In this document: one piece after another, positions 61,280 through 64,000 of the stretch | Layout: the number at the start of each line of letters is the position of its first letter | Position numbering within the stretch: the stretch's first letter is position 1 | Assembly (NCBI GenBank): GCA_021613535.1 | Contig: CP075493.1 | Span: 15,004,001 to 15,068,000, forward strand | Length of the DNA stretch: 64,000 nt | Source of the DNA: Adineta vaga | Lineage: Eukaryota; Animalia; Rotifera | Direction: 5' to 3' | The notes under the pieces: generated by a model | Databases searched by the model: none | What the model was told of the DNA's origin: nothing | Seen by the model: the letters and a program-made list of their open reading frames with translations, nothing else | Program-made: the position numbers and the translations under genes

Positions 61280-64000
61280 ATGATTATATTAAAAACGGTC
61301 TTTTTCTTCACTCTTTATATATCAGTAAATGCTTCTCATTTACTTTACTATTCTAACAGTATTCAAGGTTCGTATCAAACATACGATTGTTTATATGCTT
61401 ATTTGATTGATAGTAAAAAAGAAGTTGGAAAAGCATACATTCAAAACTATAATTTAATTCCCTACTGTCGTCGACCTGATGATAACGAAGAACAAGATGA
61501 AATTCAATATCCCATTCGTGAAAATATAGCGCAAACATTAAGTTTTAAACAATTGAAAAATCGAAATGTAACAAGTGAACAATTACTTCAATGGTTTTCA
61601 CCTGTTGATGTTGCAGAAGAATATGAAAGATTTCTCAATGATTCAGATGTTTTTCATAATTGTTCATCACCTTGGTTTGGTTCAATGTGTCAATATAAAT
61701 TTTTTCTCGGCGACGATTTATCATTCGAAGATATTATTCAATTAACTTTTAAGAAACAAGATGATATAAAAACTAATATTGCTCATGGAACATGTTATCG
61801 ATTTCTAACGAATTGTACTGGAAGATCATGGCCATTATGTCTTGATCGGTACGATATTTGTGATGGAAAATTTGATTGTATGAATGGTGAAGATGAAGAA
61901 TTTTGTGATCAATTAGAAATGACGAAATGTAATGATGATGAATATCGATGTCATTATGGTGGTCAATGTATTCCACAAACCTTTTTAAAAGATAGTAGAT
62001 TTAGTACTGATTGTCTTGATGGCAGTGACGAAGGTGAAGATCGTTACGCTCCAACTTCATTAAGAAATATGTTTTGCTCACTTACGTCCACATTTCGATG
62101 TCAAGAACGTATTGGTCGATATCCTAAATCTTTTCAATGCGGTGATGGTGAATATTTACTTAATTATGTTCTACCAAATGATAGAACATTTTGTTTAAAT
62201 GAGAAAGATAAAAAAGTATCTCTAGCGATACTAACGAGCATGGAACATATTTCAAATATTGATTGTCAAAAAGCATTCTATTGTGCGCTTCATGCCAATC
62301 GAAAATTTGGTTACGGAGGTATAGATCATACAGGTATTGAATTATTTCTAATTTTGGAAGATATTAGAGATGAGGATTGTGAACCTTTATCTAAACATTG
62401 TAAATCGGAATGGTTAGTTATACCTGCTGTTCCAGTTTTATTTGGATTCTTTCAATTTGTGTATTTTACTAATCGATCTGTGGATGATTTCAAAGCATCG
62501 ATAGAACCTGATCTCGTATGTTTTCATGCACGAGCATGTCCTCGAGTGGTATTGGATATAGTTCCTATTCAAGTTACTAATGGATTAACATGTTTTTCTC
62601 CTGTGAATTTCTCATTGTTTTATAAATTAAACAATTTTAATGATGCATTTGACATATTTTCACATTACAATCGATATTGTCGAACGACAGGTATTGAACA
62701 ATCCTGTATCAATTCATTTGATTTCTATTGTAACGAATCGATGAAATGTATTTCATATAATCGCGTTGGTGATGTTCAATCTGATTGTTATTACGGCGAA
62801 GATGAACAATTTGATGCATGTCATTTGAACGATTCAAATCGATTTAAGTGTTCATCAGAGCCAAATAAATGTTTATTACAAGTTGCAACTGGTGATAACA
62901 TAATCAATTGTCGTGGAGAAGAAGACGAAATGTTTGCTTATACTCAACATTTCTCTATATTATTACCTTATGCATATATATGTGATGCGGATTCACATTT
63001 GTACAGTTATTTCTATACAATGAATGATACAGATGAATCGAATTGTCATTGGTGGCCTTGTAATAATCCCTACACACATTGTAATCAATTATGGAATTGT
63101 CCAAATGGTATTGATGAACGTAACTGTCCGGATTCAAAATGTTCTTTTAATGAACATGAATGTTATAATCAACAATCGAAATCATTTTATTGTATATCCT
63201 TAACGAATATTTATGACAAATACTTTAATTCATGTAATGAAACATCTTTTGAACGTAATGTTTACTTTTACAATGGAACAGATGATATTAGTAAAGATTA
63301 CTTTTCTTGGAATAATAGTCACTGTCTAAATTTCGATAAACTCTGTCGAATGAATTCTTATTTAGAAATATCATCTTCCGAAGAAAACATTTGCCTGTAT
63401 CCATCCGAAAATTTCTATTGAACGATTGAAAAAACCATCAAACTTATTCCAAATGATGACTATCTTTGTGAATCTAAAATAGCTTTTCGTGGAAATACTC
63501 TTCCTTTTTTCAAAACATCTCGACTAGGATATTCTCCATCGTTATCAATAAATCAGTCGAATTCAGTTCAACTTCAAACAACTCCAATGAAAAAACGCAT
63601 ATTAAACATGGATACTGAATCGATTTCCTATTGTCATCGTGGTATTCTCGTGTTACGTGGTTCAAATCAAACAAAAACATGTTTCTGTCCACCGAATTAT
63701 TTCGGATCTCAATGTCAATGGCAAAATCAACGTGTTAGTTTAACTATTCAATTCGTATGGCGTAGTATGACATATCAAATGGCAATATTTGAAGCAATTA
63801 TTATGCTTATTGATGAACATGGACAAATTGAACCATATCATGAACGAATTACTTATATGCCCGATCGTGATTGTAATATAAAATACAATCTTTATTTACT
63901 TTATCCAGATCGACCAAAATCTTTATCAAAGAATTATTCAATTCGTATTGATATTTATGAAAAAATTAATTTAATCTATTGGTTAAGTTGGTATCTACCT
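61280..64000 (+). CDS. Large secreted/receptor protein with LDL-receptor class A repeats and EGF-like domains; one in-frame TGA; runs off the window
   Basis: Signal peptide; CDGKFDCMNGEDE, DCLDGSDE and NCPNGIDE (LDLa). After the TGA at 63419-63421 the same frame stays open to 64000 with CHRG..CFCPPNYFGSQCQWQNQRVS (EGF). Confidence 0.8.

Noticed and set aside
63419-63421. Selenocysteine codon
   Set aside because: Not at an evident conserved Cys position, and the 3' UTR/SECIS region is outside the window.
1-64000. tRNA/rRNA genes and autonomous transposons
   Set aside because: No cloverleaf, rRNA-like, reverse transcriptase or transposase motifs recognised by eye. A tRNAscan-SE/Infernal run would be needed to exclude RNA genes fully.

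Overview
AT-rich (~30% GC), gene-dense eukaryotic DNA with very short (about 45-70 nt) GT-AG introns. The mix of gene families suggests a bdelloid rotifer (Adineta/Rotaria-like); this is an inference and has not been verified. The families are intronless rhodopsin-like GPCRs, F-box/LRR-like proteins, an NHL-repeat protein, an LDLa/EGF receptor, an ankyrin-ADP-ribosyltransferase and several intron-containing non-metazoan-type enzymes; TGTGGG/TGAGGG-like motifs also occur. I reconstructed about 29 genes or pseudogenes by hand-splicing, including one homeobox gene absent from the ORF track. Main points of interest: (1) a tandem pair of secreted Hog/Hint precursors with a near-identical autoprocessing domain, different 4-Cys N-terminal peptides and an intein-like Asn where Hedgehog has Cys; (2) a secreted chimera of eukaryote-type Cys-rich repeats and an actinobacterial/phage-type peptidoglycan amidase; (3) an ANTP-like homeobox gene with WFYYRR in place of WFQNRR; (4) one ankyrin cassette fused to two unrelated C-terminal regions (ART and DUF4139-like); (5) a 10-Cys toxin-like prepropeptide; (6) a GC-rich condensation-type acyltransferase among candidate horizontally acquired enzymes; (7) a non-autonomous EnSpm/CMC-like transposon and several MITE-like foldbacks. 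No rRNA, tRNA or CRISPR array was seen. All homology calls come from motif recognition, not database searches.
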